A stretch of DNA of 64,000 nucleotides from Carcharhinus longimanus (Eukaryota): assembly GCA_030264375.1 (NCBI GenBank), contig JASCQW010000061.1:32036017-32100016 (forward strand), read 5' to 3'. Made by a program: the position numbers and the translations under genes. The notes beneath the pieces are model-generated. The model searched no databases. It had not been told where the DNA came from and saw nothing but the letters and a program-made list of their open reading frames with translations. Shown here one piece after another: positions 13,370 to 26,724 of the stretch (the stretch's first letter is position 1; every line of letters starts with the position of its first letter).

Positions 13370-13720
13370 AAAAAGTTTGCATCTTTTCACAACCTCAACA
13401 TGTCCAAAGCATTTTATAGCCATTGAAGACTTTTGAAACGTAATTATTGTTGTAATATAAAAAAAGGCAGAAAATAATTAGTGTCCAACAAGGTTCTCAC
13501 AAGCAGCAAAAGAATTAACGTTTTTAATGAGTTTGGTTGTGGGAAAAATATTGGCCAAGATTTCCCAATACCACCAATGCGCCCAGTTTAACATTTCAGT
13601 ATGCTGTCAGCATTGCTCTAAGTGTCATTCCAAATGATCTGCTCAAGTCTCTGGAGTGGGTCTTGAACCTACGACTTTTTGATTTGGATGCAAGAGTTAC
13701 CAGTGAGTCATAGATGACAT
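13370..13720 (-). mobile_element. Deu-domain SINE (SacSINE1/AmnSINE-like) remnant
   Basis: ttgcatcttttcacaacctcaacatgtccaaagcattttatagccattgaag...ggagtgggtcttgaacc. Relatives at ~6510-6655, 14150-14340, 19000-19340, 44790-45330 and 54866-55070. Confidence 0.65.
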
Positions 13721-13830
13721 TCTGTTACTAAGATTTGAGTGTTTTATCAAATCATTGGTATAATAAGTCCTGTTCTAGCAGAAAGTGATTTTTAACAAAA
13801 GGCCGTTGGGTATAAAGATCAAAGCGACGT

Positions 13831-13960
13831 TGTGCGAATTTTACCGACACGTCTGCCCGAGTTACGTACGATCCCGCCCAAGACCAACGGAGAATACCAT
13901 TCTTCTCCAAGCCTCGTCGGCCTCCGGAAACGGGGCGGGCATGCTGGTAAAANNNNNGCC
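13831..13960. mobile_element. ~120-bp Harbinger-type MITE
   Basis: gcgaattttacc ... ggtaaaa(N)gcc TIRs. Confidence 0.55.
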
Positions 13961-15126
13961 ATTATCTGTCCCCTCAGGAGGACACAATAGCTTCCACGAT
14001 ATTGGTCAAAGAAGAACCAGGAAGTGCAAATAATTAGATAGTACTTATAAAGAGCTGGCACAGTCTCAAAGGTCTAAATGACCTCCTCCTATGCTATGAG
14101 CTTCTATAAGAATTGTATTGTTGTTCATGTCCCTAGCAAACATTTCAACCAACGCCCCTTTTTTTTGAAGAAGAGAATTGATTATCTATGGATTTATTTC
14201 TTTGCGGTTTCTGGCACCTTGCTGCTTGTAAACTGGCTGCAGGTGTTGTGTGTTTCCCAACATTACAACTGTGACTATACAGAATTTGCTGTGAAGTGCT
14301 TTGACATAGTGAAAGGTGCTTCACTTATGCAAGTTAGTTCTTTCTGTGCAGCTCTTTCTTGCCCATTTTGAGCCATGTCTCCTGCTCTTAGCACTGAAGT
14401 ACGTCTGTCTCTGTGAAGAGGTAATCGGTAAAAGCTGACACAAGGGGGCTCCAAATGCTTTCTGTAAGCAGACCTGCTGAAACACTACACTTTATTAATA
14501 TGCTGTAAATCATGAGATTGGCTGCAGTAAATTTTTCCTCTTGCGGAATAACTGAAGGATTACACGTTCGTGTTTGCAGAATCATCAGATACAGCCAGAC
14601 CTCATTATGCTGAGCTGCACTCTTCACCTCTACTTAAAATTGGAGTCATGTATTTAACTGAGACAAATCTGAAAAACCAGCCTAAAGATTATAGAGAATT
14701 AAAAAGATACACTTCACCATCTTCTATAAAACTTGTGAACGAACAATTAAATGTTTTATACAGGTATCATTTTTGTTTAAACTGATTATATACTGAAGGA
14801 GTAGATGGAAAGCACTGAAAATATTCATTGTCACTCACTGACTGGAGAGGCTTAGATCTTTAATTCAGTATTTAATAAGCCAGAAAGCAACAACATGTAA
14901 AAAGAACAAGATACTGGAGGTAAAATGATCAAAATAGCACAGCTGGGTAATACGCGTACAGAACTGATGAGACTGGCATTGGGGTTCAAATTTTATGTAA
15001 AAATACAGATTTAATGACTAGCTTGATTGGAATACTCCATTCATATGGTCACTGCTGTTGCTGCATTTTAAAGATACTGGATTTCCTGTGGTGTAGCTCA
15101 CCGCAAATTGAAAGAGCTTGTAGGAG

Positions 15127-15310
15127 TGGGTGGCACGGTAGTGCAGTGGTTAGCACTGTTGCCTTTCAATGACGGGGGCCCAGGATCAGTTTTAGCCTTG
15201 GGTGACTGTGTGGAGTTTGCATGTTCTCTCCATGTCTCCACGGGTTTCCTCTGGATGTTCCGGTTTCCTCCCACAGTCCAAAGATGTGTGGATTAGGTTG
15301 ATTGTTACTT
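15127..15310 (+). mobile_element. V-SINE 5' part
   Basis: gtggcacggtagtgcagtggttagcactg...ggtttcctcccacagtccaaagatgtg. Confidence 0.85.
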
Positions 15311-16787
15311 CAAAATACATACTGCTCCGATTTAAAGGGGAAGGAATGCAGGAGTACACAGCCTGTTGCAAATAGACTATTTTCCCTGTAATAAGTGTTT
15401 TATTTTTCCTCCTGTGCGTAGATAACCAGAAAACATGGACCGAATTTTGAGATTAATTCTAAGTGTCTGTCCACTGTGAGACAGTTCTTGATCTATTTTC
15501 TTGGGCGAGTTTTCACACCCAATCTTATGCACTTGGTCATTGAAAATGTGGGCTAGACCGTTTCTAGTGGCTGTAGGCGGTGGGCTGGGCTTAATTCACC
15601 AGCCAGCCTGCAGAGGGAGTTGTTGTGCATGCACAGACCTCTAATCTGCACGTGCACAATTCCCACAGCAAGGGTCTGACAGACAGTGAGAGTTGTCAGG
15701 CTCCTGCTGTTACAGACAGCCTCACAAACTCTCCCCTTGATCGCGAGCCCCATATCGCCTGAAATGCAGCCCCCCCCACCAAATCCAATCATGTTGGAGG
15801 GGTAGCGGCCCCTCTTCAGGTCCTGTCTCCCACAGTCCCTGGCACTGTGCCCCAAGGGTATTGCCCAGGTGCCAGGCTGGCAGGGCCAACAACAATGTTT
15901 CCCGTTCATGGGGAGCATGTGTTTTCCTCGTCTGAGAGAATTCCGGTAACATCACGAGAGCCGGGAAACTAGCTGTGATCCTGGTTTCTCGGCTCTTGTG
16001 CGATTTATTGGCATGCCGCGCCCTTCGATGACCCACATATTTAAGATAATTAACGGGAGAACCAGTCGTGATAGGCTTTTCTTTTACACATCCTGATGTT
16101 GTGATCTGAGATGCACTGACAGGTTGTAGAAGCAAATACAAGAAGGACTTTCAAAAGGCAATTAGTTGCAATTTGTAGTGCAGTGGAAATGGAAGGGGAG
16201 TCAGGCCACTTGGATTGCCCTTTCAAAGAGTAGGTACAGGCATGATGAAACAAATGATTTCCGTCCTTGCTGTAGTACCTGCTGCTGCTTTTTGTCTCTC
16301 ATAGAACATTACAGTGCCCTTCGGTCCAAGATGTTGCACCGACCTGTGAAACCAATCTAAGGCCCATCTAACCTACACTGTTCCAATATCATTCATATGT
16401 TTCCTTCCCTCCCAAGAGGTGTCAATGTCTGTCGCCTGTTTTGAAAACCTTGGTGGCTGTTGTATACACAGGCCAGATTAACATTGGTGGCAGCAGCAAG
16501 TGCTCACGGATTGACTATTTGAGACAAACTTGCTTTCGCCCATCTTGTCCTCCCATTTGTGTGCTGCAAGTCTAATGAGCCGTAGTGCAGTGTGTTCCAC
16601 AACAGCACCATTCAGTAGTTTTAAGTTTGCCAGCATTGATGTGTACAACTTTCTGCTTTATCATTGCTAACTACAGGCCACAGAACCCTACAGTAGGGAG
16701 GCACTAGTTTGTCTGAAAATGGCAAGTGCCAACAGGAGCACATTTCCACAGACTGCGACCAATAACCGGACACAAACTCGGAGAGTG

Positions 16788-17027
16788 GGGGGCGATTCTC
16801 CCACCCTGCCGCGCTGATCTTTATGAGCGCAGAGGCCCGCTGGTTTCAGCCTCCCGGGTGGGAATAGGCCCTGCCCCCTGAAATCTAATGCTATTCACAT
16901 TGGTGGCCTTTGCAGTGCACAGTGTGGGAGATTCTAGTCTGAACTCCCACTGAAAAAAAACAGCATGAATTACTTCAATTTTCCTGCATATACAACACTA
17001 GAAATATTTTTGGGAGAATTCTGCCCC
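16788..17027. mobile_element. Harbinger-type MITE
   Basis: TIRs gggggcgattctccca / tgggagaattctgcccc. Confidence 0.65.
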
Positions 17028-17661
17028 GTGAATATCAACAGACCTTTCTACCAAAGAGGGTATTATATCACGTTCCTGATTCCATCCACTCCAGCATAGG
17101 TCACTGGAGTAATCAGAATCAACAATTGCAACAAAGATTTTATAAGGTTCTTCGCTAAGGCTGCACTCCCAGAACAGACCCAAACAATATACATTAACGA
17201 GGAATGTTATAACTCCTAAAGGTTTGTTACTGTCTTGGATGTGACCTTCAAATTTGTTACAATCTCTTAGAGACCATAAGTTTTGTTTTAAAGTAGATAA
17301 AATTAAAAATGTCAGTTACTTAGTAAGAGAATAAATTCACATGATTCCACACTTCCCAATAAACAGGAGAAAATTTTAAAATACAGAAGTCAGCAAACAG
17401 TTAATACCAAATAATCCTATTGAATAGCGGAGCAGGCTTGAAAGGCCAAGCGGCCTACTGCTGTTCATATTTCTTATGATCTTGTATGCTAACATCCTGA
17501 ATTAACATGAGGTAAACATGAATTAACAGGCAAATCTGGCCGAGCACACTACAAACTGCATACTAAATAACTGATGCAGCTCTTTGAATTTTCTCAGCAA
17601 GCCACCCAAAAATTCTAAAAAAAAACTGTCTTCTTCCTGGGGGACTTTAGTGCCTTTCTTA

Positions 17662-18100
17662 TGGGTGGCACAGTGATTAGCACTGCTGCCTCATAGCATC
17701 AGGGACCCAGTTTCAATTCCAGCTTCGGGTGACTGTGTGGAGCTTGCACTTTCCATGCCTGTGCGGGTTTCCTCCACGTGCTCCGGTTTCTTCCCACACC
17801 CCAGAGATATCGGTATCGGCAGATTGGCCATGCTAAGTTGACACTTAAGGAAGGGTTTTCCGGCTTGCACGCCGCAAAACCATAAAATCTGCTTGAGATC
17901 AACGGACATTTCCATGATCCTCTTCTTACCCGCTATGATTCCCGCGACGTGCAGCATGGTAAAATTGACCCCTTACTGTCAGGGGGATTAGCAGAATAAA
18001 TACATGGCATTATAGGGATAGGACCTGGGTGGGATTGTTGGTGCAGGCTTGATGGGCTAAGTGGTCTCCTGCTCCACTGTAGGGATTCTGTGAATCTATG
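17662..18100 (+). mobile_element. V-SINE (CR1 tail) with nested MITE
   Basis: SINE head and core to 17847, resuming at 17973. Confidence 0.85.
17848..17972. mobile_element. Harbinger-type MITE with TTA target-site duplication
   Basis: TTA(17845-47)-aggaagggttttcc...ggtaaaattgacccc-TTA(17973-75). Confidence 0.75.
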
Positions 18101-19558
18101 AAAATCTAGCCTTCAATTTCCCCTAAAAGCCACTCTAAAGGCTCCAAAGATTGCTCACCTTCCAGTTGCTCAGTCTCTTCCCCCAAAACTGCATCCCAAT
18201 AGGACCATAGGGTTGCAACCTAGCATCTAGTTGCTGGCATGATTCCAACACTCTCGCTCATCTGAGCAGAACCTCACTGCTCATGGACTTTGCTTTGCTC
18301 CCAGCTCTGCAAGTCGAAGGCTACTGTTCAATTCAGCTTCACTGGGCTGGGCTTTTCTTATCTTCCCAGCAGCATGAAGCTAGCAATCTTCTACTACCTC
18401 CTCCAGCTCTGGGTTTATCTGAGCAGCCACTGCTCACCATGGACTACTGCTCCCTCTGACCCTCCCTTGAACTGATCAGTGTAACGAGCTATTATCTCCC
18501 AACAGATTCTGCCCCTTGAATGTGTCAACCCTTGGTAAATGCCGCAATCTCCAGTCAACCAAAGATCACCCACATAGGTGCTAACTTACACAGACAAAAA
18601 TATAGATTCCCTCAAGTGCTTTACCACATTAATTGGAGCAAATAAAGCTAGGAGGAAATGAAATAAATGTTTTTAAATTCTGAAAGACTTTGATAGGGTG
18701 AATTGTAATGACTGTTTGGGGGAAAACAGTAATGAAGGATCATGAATTTAACATTGCCATTGTTAATGAAGCAGAATAGATAAGAACACTTTGGACATGA
18801 TGTTCTTGAAGCATTGAATCTTTTGTTGGAAAAGAACAAATATTTGAAACCGAGGAAGAGAGCAGGGCAGTGGATTAGTTTTTCATTGCACTAGCAAAGA
18901 GTCAACATAAGCATGATTGGCAAAATAACCTCTTGCTCTGTAAATTTCTATAATCTTGTTTCTCAGAAATCTGAGTACTTGACTGACTTCAAATTACTTT
19001 GAGGTTTAGTAACTTTTAAAGCAAATGTCACCGCGAGTACCAAAAACAGGAGATTCCATAAACAGCAAAGTGAACAACTGGCAGACCAGTATATGTTATG
19101 GCATTGGTTTGTAGAGGAATGTTGGCTTGGATTTTGGGAAACCTCTTCATTTTCTTCTACTGTGTGGGATCTTTTAGCATCTTGTTGAACCAGTGGATCA
19201 GGCAGCTAGGGACTCTATACCTTGCATGATAGATGGTACCTATATCAGTGCTGCACTGCCTAGTGTCAGTCTTGACGTCACATCTTGAGGTGATTAAACT
19301 CTTGCATGTTCTGATTCAGAGGCAGTGGAGTACTAAAGGAATGCTCTCCTTTGGAGGTGATATTCCTACCTGCTTGTCTATGTGGTTGAGTTAGATATTC
19401 AAAAACTATTCTGCAGGGAATACTCCCAGTGCCCTGGCCAGTGATACCGAAAAAATTTGAAGTAGACGTTCAGCTAATCATAGTTTGCAGGTTGTTGCTA
19501 TCACAGGTCATATTTTCTCCACTCCAAATCCATTTGATTACAATTAGAACACAACTGA

Positions 19559-19758
19559 AATTTGACAAGAGACAATTTATAATTATACTGCGCGCAGTTT
19601 AAGTGGACAGAGTATAAAATCATCAACACCCTGCATTTTACTGAAATCCTAGTAATGACATTGAAGTTATAAAATGCTGGCTTGACTTCCATGTGTTTTG
19701 CATTGTTGCAGAAAGCAAGCAATGCGTGCAGTACAGTTATGAAATTGGATACCAAATT
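19559..19758. repeat. Imperfect ~200-bp palindrome (ancient hairpin element)
   Basis: ataattatactgcgcgca (19579-96) matches the reverse complement of tgcgtgcagtacagttat (19723-40) at 15/18. Outer arms aatttg/caaatt; inner arms gcatttta/taaaatgc. Confidence 0.6.
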
Positions 19759-20282
19759 ATTGAATTCAATCTGGAATTGACTTCTCCTCCTTATCGACAA
19801 ATTTTGGATCTAAACCCAAATTATTGTAATGTGACGACATTGTAGTTTTGTAATGCAGGTATTTATTTGGAAAACAACCAGCAAAAAAAACCATACCCAT
19901 GGTTTGGATTTTGGTTCCCGAGGTAGGTAGTTTGCGTCAGAAGTTTACTAACTAGTTGGGCCTGCCTCAGTAAAAAAAAAATGCCCAAGTCTTGAGATTT
20001 TTGCCAGTTCCTACCCACCATTTTTAAAGGTCTGCAGAGTCTTTTCAACTCTGCAAGCATCTGGCCCCATGTGTCCTATTTTTTGTACAAAAGCCAGTGC
20101 TTGCTTGGAAACTGACAGTTGAAGCAATCCCCAATGGAATTTAAAAGCTCCCGACGTGCACAGCTCTGTAGCAAACACCATTTAAATCGGTAACCTCTTT
20201 GCGTTCACTATAATAATGAAACGTGTAATTGAGAAAAGCAGCTCCAGAACAAATGACACAGTCTGCCAAAACCTGTCTGAAG

Positions 20283-20683
20283 TTGAAGGTAGAATATAAA
20301 AGCAGGGCGGTCTTGCTGCAACTGTGCAGGGCATGGTGAGGCTGCAGCTGGAGTACTGTGTGCAGTTTTGGTGGCCGCACTTGCGCAAGGATATTTTGGC
20401 CTTGGAGGGAGTGCACAGAAGGTTCACCAGGCTGATACCGGAGATGAGGGGGTTGGACTATGAAGAGAGACTAAATAGACTGGGTCTGTACTCNNNNNNN
20501 NNNNNNNNNNNNNNNNNNNNNNNNNNNNNNNNNNNNNNNNNNNNNNNNNNNNNNNNNNNNNNNNNNNNNNNNNNNNNNNNNNNNNNNNNNNNNCTTCAGA
20601 TCAGCCATGACCTTATTGAATGGCGGGGCAGGCTCGAAGGGCTAGATGGCCTACTCCTGCTCCTACTTCTTATGTTCTTATGA
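20283..20683 (+). mobile_element. Young CR1 LINE 3' portion (gap inside)
   Basis: VRLQLEYCVQFWWPHLRKDILALEGVHRRFTRLIP plus the standard tail. Confidence 0.9.
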
Positions 20684-21643
20684 ACCAGTATTGAGAAGAG
20701 GAATCAAAAGGACTCAATGTCAACTTTGCTTCCCTCTCCACAGATGCTGCCAGATCTGCTGAGTTTTTTCCAGCACGTTCTCCTTTTATATGAGACATTG
20801 ATTTATTTGACAACTTTCCACCACTTCTGAAAGTAATCCTTCTTACTGTGGTATAATCTTGGGGTGTCAGAAATTCTCTAAGACTTCACCCAAGGGAGCA
20901 TAAATAATCAGTGGAGAGTATTACAACACAACTCGATTCTTAAATCCGATCTCATTCACTAATCCTTCTCATCTTCTTTGCTTTAGAATCCATTTTTGGC
21001 TGGCTAACTTGTGTAGAGTGTCTCCTCATGGTTTTATGTCAAATAAATGCAAGTTGTTGTTGAACATGTGAGCTTTCGTATCTGGGCATTCCAGTATTGT
21101 AGGAAAAATGAACTGTTTCTTCACTATCTGGAATTATACAGTTTTTGCGTCTCAATGTGATACACTACATCAACGTAGCAAATATTAAAAAATGCACTGT
21201 ACAGCTCATGGGGCTGGCTTCAGGCCCATATTCCAGCTTGCACGCACTGCATTTCTCAATCTGAAGCATTTTCTCCTGTTACACTCAAACATCATGGTCC
21301 TGCGCTCTAGAACTCTCTTCCTAGACTTGTCTGCCTTTCTTCTCCAATGTCCCAAAACATCTTGCATTCTCATCTTTCAACAGTAATTTTAGTTACCCTC
21401 CCCCAACTCTCTCAGTTCTCCCATGAAGTGCGTTGAACTAAGGGTGGGATTGTGGTCTGTGCAGACTCGATGGGCCAAGTGGCCTCCTTCTGCAATGTAG
21501 GGCTTCTGTGAACTAAGGTGCTGGTTCTTGTGGGGTGTGAAGGGAATGAAAGGGAGCAACCGATGCTATGTGACACTATACAACTTGAATCTGTCAGTGG
21601 TGCATGCCAGGAACAACTCACTTGCATCCTGCTTTCATTTTAG

Positions 21644-21790
21644 ATCTTGCGGAAGCTGAAAAGTATTGCACTGGACACTGAGGCTGAGCTGGAACGTCAG
21701 GATGAAGTGCTGGATGTCATCAGTTCCTCCACGGACCAGGCAACGTCCCGGATAAACACGAGTCACAGGCGAATGCGGAAACTCCTGTAG
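21644..21790 (+). CDS. SNAP47: SNAP47 last coding exon (C-terminal SNARE motif)
   Basis: Acceptor ctttcattttag|; ILRKLKSIALDTEAELERQDEVLDVISSSTDQATSRINTSHRRMRKLL* with TAG at 21788-21790 (cf. human ILRRMKGLALEAESELERQDEALD...HNRRMKRLT). Confidence 0.96.
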   Translation: MLRKLKSIALDTEAELERQDEVLDVISSSTDQATSRINTSHRRMRKLL

Positions 21791-24700
21791 GGCATGAGCT
21801 GACCAAATACTGCAGTGCTCAGTCATATTCAGTGCGGCTCGCTCTTCATCAGCATTTGGAGTGAATGCTTCAAACAGCTGGAACAACAGTGGCTCAGATA
21901 TGGCAGTGAATCGGGTTCGCCCATTCCTTAAAGTTTGAAGAGGAAGACATATTTGTCTGGACTTGGCAAGGGACAGTTGACAGACTTCATACAAATTGTT
22001 GCAACAATCTGTGGCAAGTCCGCAGTTCTGTCGTCCTGACCTTTGAAAGGCCTCACCATTAATTTGTCAACGTCCATAGAAGAGCCAGGAAAATGTTCTT
22101 GTCAATCAGAGACCATTTCCATGGCAACTGTCTTAGAATCTAATGTTCATTTTGTTTTAGAATTCTAAACATCTAGCTAATGATAGGCAACCTTGCAAGA
22201 AACTTTCAAATTTAGATGCTGTTCTGATTTGCAATCTGTAAAACAAAGCTTGTTTTAAAAACCTAATTGAATGTAGAAACTTTATTCGTGCAATAATATG
22301 GGCTTTAATTTAGGGAATAGAGATAGAAGTGCCCCTGAGCCAGTTTACTCTTGTGTGGAGAATGCCTTTCCTGTTTTCTTGTGAATTTACAGCTGACATG
22401 GCATTGCTTTAGCATGCAGGGAAAGTCACGCAAAGTTGTTAATTGTCCTCTTACGGCTTGAAGTTTGGACAAATTGTACTGTCACATGCTGTAAAGTTGC
22501 TTCTTCCTCAGGCTTTTCCTGGTGAGTTCCATCCACCAGCGATCAATGGAGATCGCAATGGAGATCAGTAATGCATAGTTGGTCAAGCAGTTTGTTAAAG
22601 GGTAACTTTCCTGGTGTGAAACATATCACCCAGAATGTTTGTCTTTCAATTCTGGTAGAAGTGCTTTTAACCTCAGATATCCTACATTTGCGGCTCTTCC
22701 TTCTATCTTGTGCTTTGGATGTCAGGTTCAGTTGAGACATAATTAGGACTGCAGCAAGACCATATTTGGGGGGGATCTAGGGAGGAGAGATTTGAAATTT
22801 TGGTCATTGCTACATGTGCAGTGGCGAAGCTAGGATTGCGAAGGATCAAGGCCAGAATAACGAGAAGTGTGTTCAAGAGGGAAAGACAGTGGTAACCAGA
22901 TTTAAAATCTGACTGTATTGGCAGAGGATCTTATTTAAGTCAGCCGTAATCGACACAATTTGTGTGAAAGAATGATAGCACTAATATATGGCAACTTCCA
23001 TTTGTTGGCCATCCTGACAGTTGCAGCTTGGGCATGTCTGTGCCAAATGTACATGCCTTCACACTCCAGGAAAATCGAACAAGGCAACCTTGCCCAAACT
23101 CAGCAGCCTATCACGAATGGATTATAGACAGCAAAAATGTAATGCCATTAATGATGCTTACCCCTCCCAAAATATCTTTAGTCTGTGAGCATAATGCATC
23201 TAGGATTTCAATAAATGGTCTGTGCATGGTCACACTATGCACTTAAACTATGGGAAATGGGGGGGAAAGAAAATCAAAAATAAAATGATCGATGTATCCT
23301 TTTGAAACTTGGGATGTGTCTGCTAAGAGAATTTTGAGGTGTGTAGCACAATGGTGTCGTAGTAATGATTATAGCTTTACCACTGCCACTGGCAACAGTA
23401 GTAGGTAAGTAATTTAATATGAAGAATTGAGTGCATCACCAAAGTTGAAATGTATTGCTTCAAGCATATAGTGTATCGGGTGCCAATACACTAAATAAGC
23501 ACTGCAGTATTTATTTGGCATGTTAGTGATATCTAGTGCCAGAATATTAATACTGCATCAACAACAGTCTTACCAAGGCAGCTTGGGTGTATTTGATAGC
23601 ATTGAACTTGAATTTTGGTCAAATATTTTTGGGAATTTCCTCTATATTTGAAATATCTCTTTATAGGGTTAATTTGCTGCCTAGTCTTACCAATCAGTAG
23701 CTGCAAATGCATATATTAGAATGGTGCATGGTCTCAAAAAAAGCTTTGAGGTTGTCAATACATAGAGGATTTATTGATGAAATTATAAGCATAATGTACA
23801 CACTCTGATATAATGTAATGCTAATTATCATATTACCTTTTGATAACTGTCCTTGATAATACTTTGTGCATGGGTATTTGCTACTGCTTTGAGTGCATAA
23901 AGCTTTGCTTTGGAGGTATAAAGGAAAAAAAATAGTAAAACCAACAGTGATGGGTACATCATCACAATCTTTGATAAAGTCCATTTGGATTTTAGCAAGT
24001 ATCATTTTTAATGCTGAGAGGCTGTATGTACACTGACATGGCCTATTTGATGGGATCACCTACATAGATTTGAAATGTATTTTCTTAACTGCTTGTTATG
24101 AATCACAATATACTAGGATATGTCAGAAATGTTCAATAGATAGAAATGCTTAACTTCAGGCTGTTGCATTGGAATTGTTTACAGGGATTCCAGTGTGTTG
24201 CACTTGATATTCTTTCTTTCTGATTGGCTTTGAATGGAGATTGACAGCTCTCTCTTCCCTTCCAAATTGGAAGATGGAATAATTGAAATTGAGTCTTGCT
24301 TATCCATGTGTTGAGTTTGATCATGGATGATTGTGGGGAGTTAGGCTTGGGGTGAGGGCCAATTGCTCGTACTGGTCTTATCCTCCACACAAAAAGCCAT
24401 GAGAAAACAAGGACGCGAAAAACTGCAAATTATGACTGAAATGGTTGAAGCCTTGTAAAACTGCATTTTTGGGCATTGTTTGGTATGACTAAAGGCAGGG
24501 AGGAGCTACAGAGAGATAATGGTACAGAGGGAAGTTCCAAATGTCTACAAGGTTCAGTTTAGGTTAGGTGGCACTAACGTCATAAGTTTTATTGCTAATG
24601 TGGACATTGGTGTGATCCTGGCAGAGCTTGTAGTTTTCTCTTCCCCTGGAGCAACAGGACATTTACACTGAGATTATGCTTTACAACTCTGCAAAATGCA

Positions 24701-25899
24701 TTGGAAAGTTGCTGCTGGCAATTGTTCCCAGTCTCCTGTTACTGTTGGATTCCAATGCAAGCCCTTAACTTCCAATATTTCAGTGCCGTTTTTTTCAGGT
24801 GTTTACTACTGATAGTGCCACTGACATACATGGGTCACTTTCAAGATCAATTGGGCTTCGACAGCACTTTATTCACTTGATATAGCACCTTATTTCCCCA
24901 TTGATCTCAGCCTTCATAAATACTGACCTTTATCATCTTTTCATTAAAGCATCTGGCAATGTATCATGGATTTTATGTCCAGGCCCTAACAATTTTCCAG
25001 ATAACCCATTACAACCTCTGTTGTTTTAAAAACAAATATGTCCCGATATCAGATCTAAAGTTTTTTTGTTCACAATGCTGACACTGCTCTGTTGTCCTGC
25101 AACCCAACCTGTGCGAAATTATTCTTCCAAGCTTATTTTATTTCCCATTATATATGAGATATATCTTGTTCGCTCAGAACCACATATCTTCAAGAGCGAA
25201 GGTGCAGCATATCCCATTCTTAAGTCCTGTTTTTAACTCCAGGAATCAGCCATGTCTCAATTTTGTCTATTATGTTTGTCGCTTGTTGAGCGATATGTTC
25301 AGTTGCAACAATAAGGGGAGTGGAAAATTTTTCTCAAACTTAAATTCATATTGCAATATCACTCTTTTGTATTTTTATTTTTAGTTCTAAACATGCTTGA
25401 GCAGTGTAATATTCAAGCAGTCCAGCCGATGGATCTTCCTGTGTATATGAGTTTATACGTAAAGCTTCCACCACTGCCCAACAAAGTGCCTTATTCCTAA
25501 TTTTAAAACAACCTTTCCATCTTGCAGCAACAGTGATGTTTCAGTATCCCCACACCCTGTGGCCTTAGTGAGGTGAGATTGCCAATTTAGCGGCGTATGT
25601 GGGTAGCATATTGTAAACTAGCAGCCACAAGGAAACTGTTAAAGGCTGTCCAATCTCCTTTCATTTAGAATCTGACCAGTCAAAAGAGAAGCACCATTAA
25701 TCCTGCTTTGAAATGAGGCCACACTTTTGAGTTCAGGGGGTGCCTATGCAAGTTTCTTCCCAGTTCACGTTTTTATTCTTGTGAATATCATCATTGAAAT
25801 TTCTAATTGTAGAAACATGGTTAGTTTTGTCACATTCATAGTATAAACTATAACCTATTGATTCCCAATCACTGGCCGCAAAAGCCCCCTATTATTTGG

Positions 25900-26132
25900 C
25901 CCATGACTCCCCTCTGCTCCATGGTCCCAGGCTGTCTGGTTACATTTCTCAGCTCAAAGGTCCCTGATTATCTGCTCACAATTCTCCATTCCATGGTCCC
26001 TGGTTATCTGGCCACGAATCTTCACCTCGTGGTCCTTGGCTTTCTAGTCACTAGTCTCTGGTCCATGGCACCTGACTTTTGGCTGAGAGTCCCTGCTCAA
26101 AGGACTCTGGCTATCTGGCATTGTGCCTCCTG
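25900..26132 (+). repeat. Degenerate 36-bp minisatellite (~6 copies)
   Basis: Units such as ctccatggtcccaggctgtctggttacatttctcag / ttccatggtccctggttatctggccacgaatcttca. Confidence 0.8.
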
Positions 26133-26309
26133 CAATCTGAGGCAGCACACCAAATTCAGACAGCTAAGGTCAGTAATTTATCTAGAATGTAGAGGTAGAT
26201 TTTCATTTGTTAATTACAAAATAAAATGTTTTAAAATCCTTTCTCTGAATGTTAGCTGCTGGGAGATTGATTTTATGCATATTCCTTGGATTCAACATTT
26301 TATTAATTC

Positions 26310-26372
26310 TTATTGTGTGGCCTAAAGGACTCCATGCAGCCCACAAAAAATAAAAGTTTGGACACCCCTGAC
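26310..26372. mobile_element. hAT-Charlie-type transposon end remnant
   Basis: tgtggcc...gcagcccac...aaaagtttggacacccctg (reverse complement of a CAGGGGTGTCCAAAC-type TIR). Confidence 0.55.
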
Positions 26373-26718
26373 TTAACTTTTATTCGATGCTCCTGAGAAA
26401 TGTACTGCCAGACCAATGAAGGAAACAGAATTCCTGCCAGACAGGGTCATTCTGCAAATTATAGCACTGATTTTCAGATGGAAATATATACGCAGTCAAT
26501 TTTTTTTGTTTGTGTGGTCTTTAAGATCAACCGTTGATTATAACGATAGAGGGAGTCAAATTTCAAGTGGTTTCAGGTAATTGTCTACAGACTCACTCTG
26601 TTTAGGAAAAAGGTTTGTAATGGGAAGCAGGCATTATTAAATCTCTTACTTCCAGTACTGTATTACTGATTTGCTGTATGGAAATGTACACTCTGCCTGT
26701 GTCGTGTTTGCTTTGTAC

Positions 26719-26724
26719 AATAAA
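26719..26724 (+). terminator. Candidate distal polyadenylation signal of SNAP47
   Basis: tttgtacAATAAAtactg with several upstream TGTA (CFIm-type) motifs and a GT/T-rich stretch downstream; repeats resume soon after. Confidence 0.55.
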
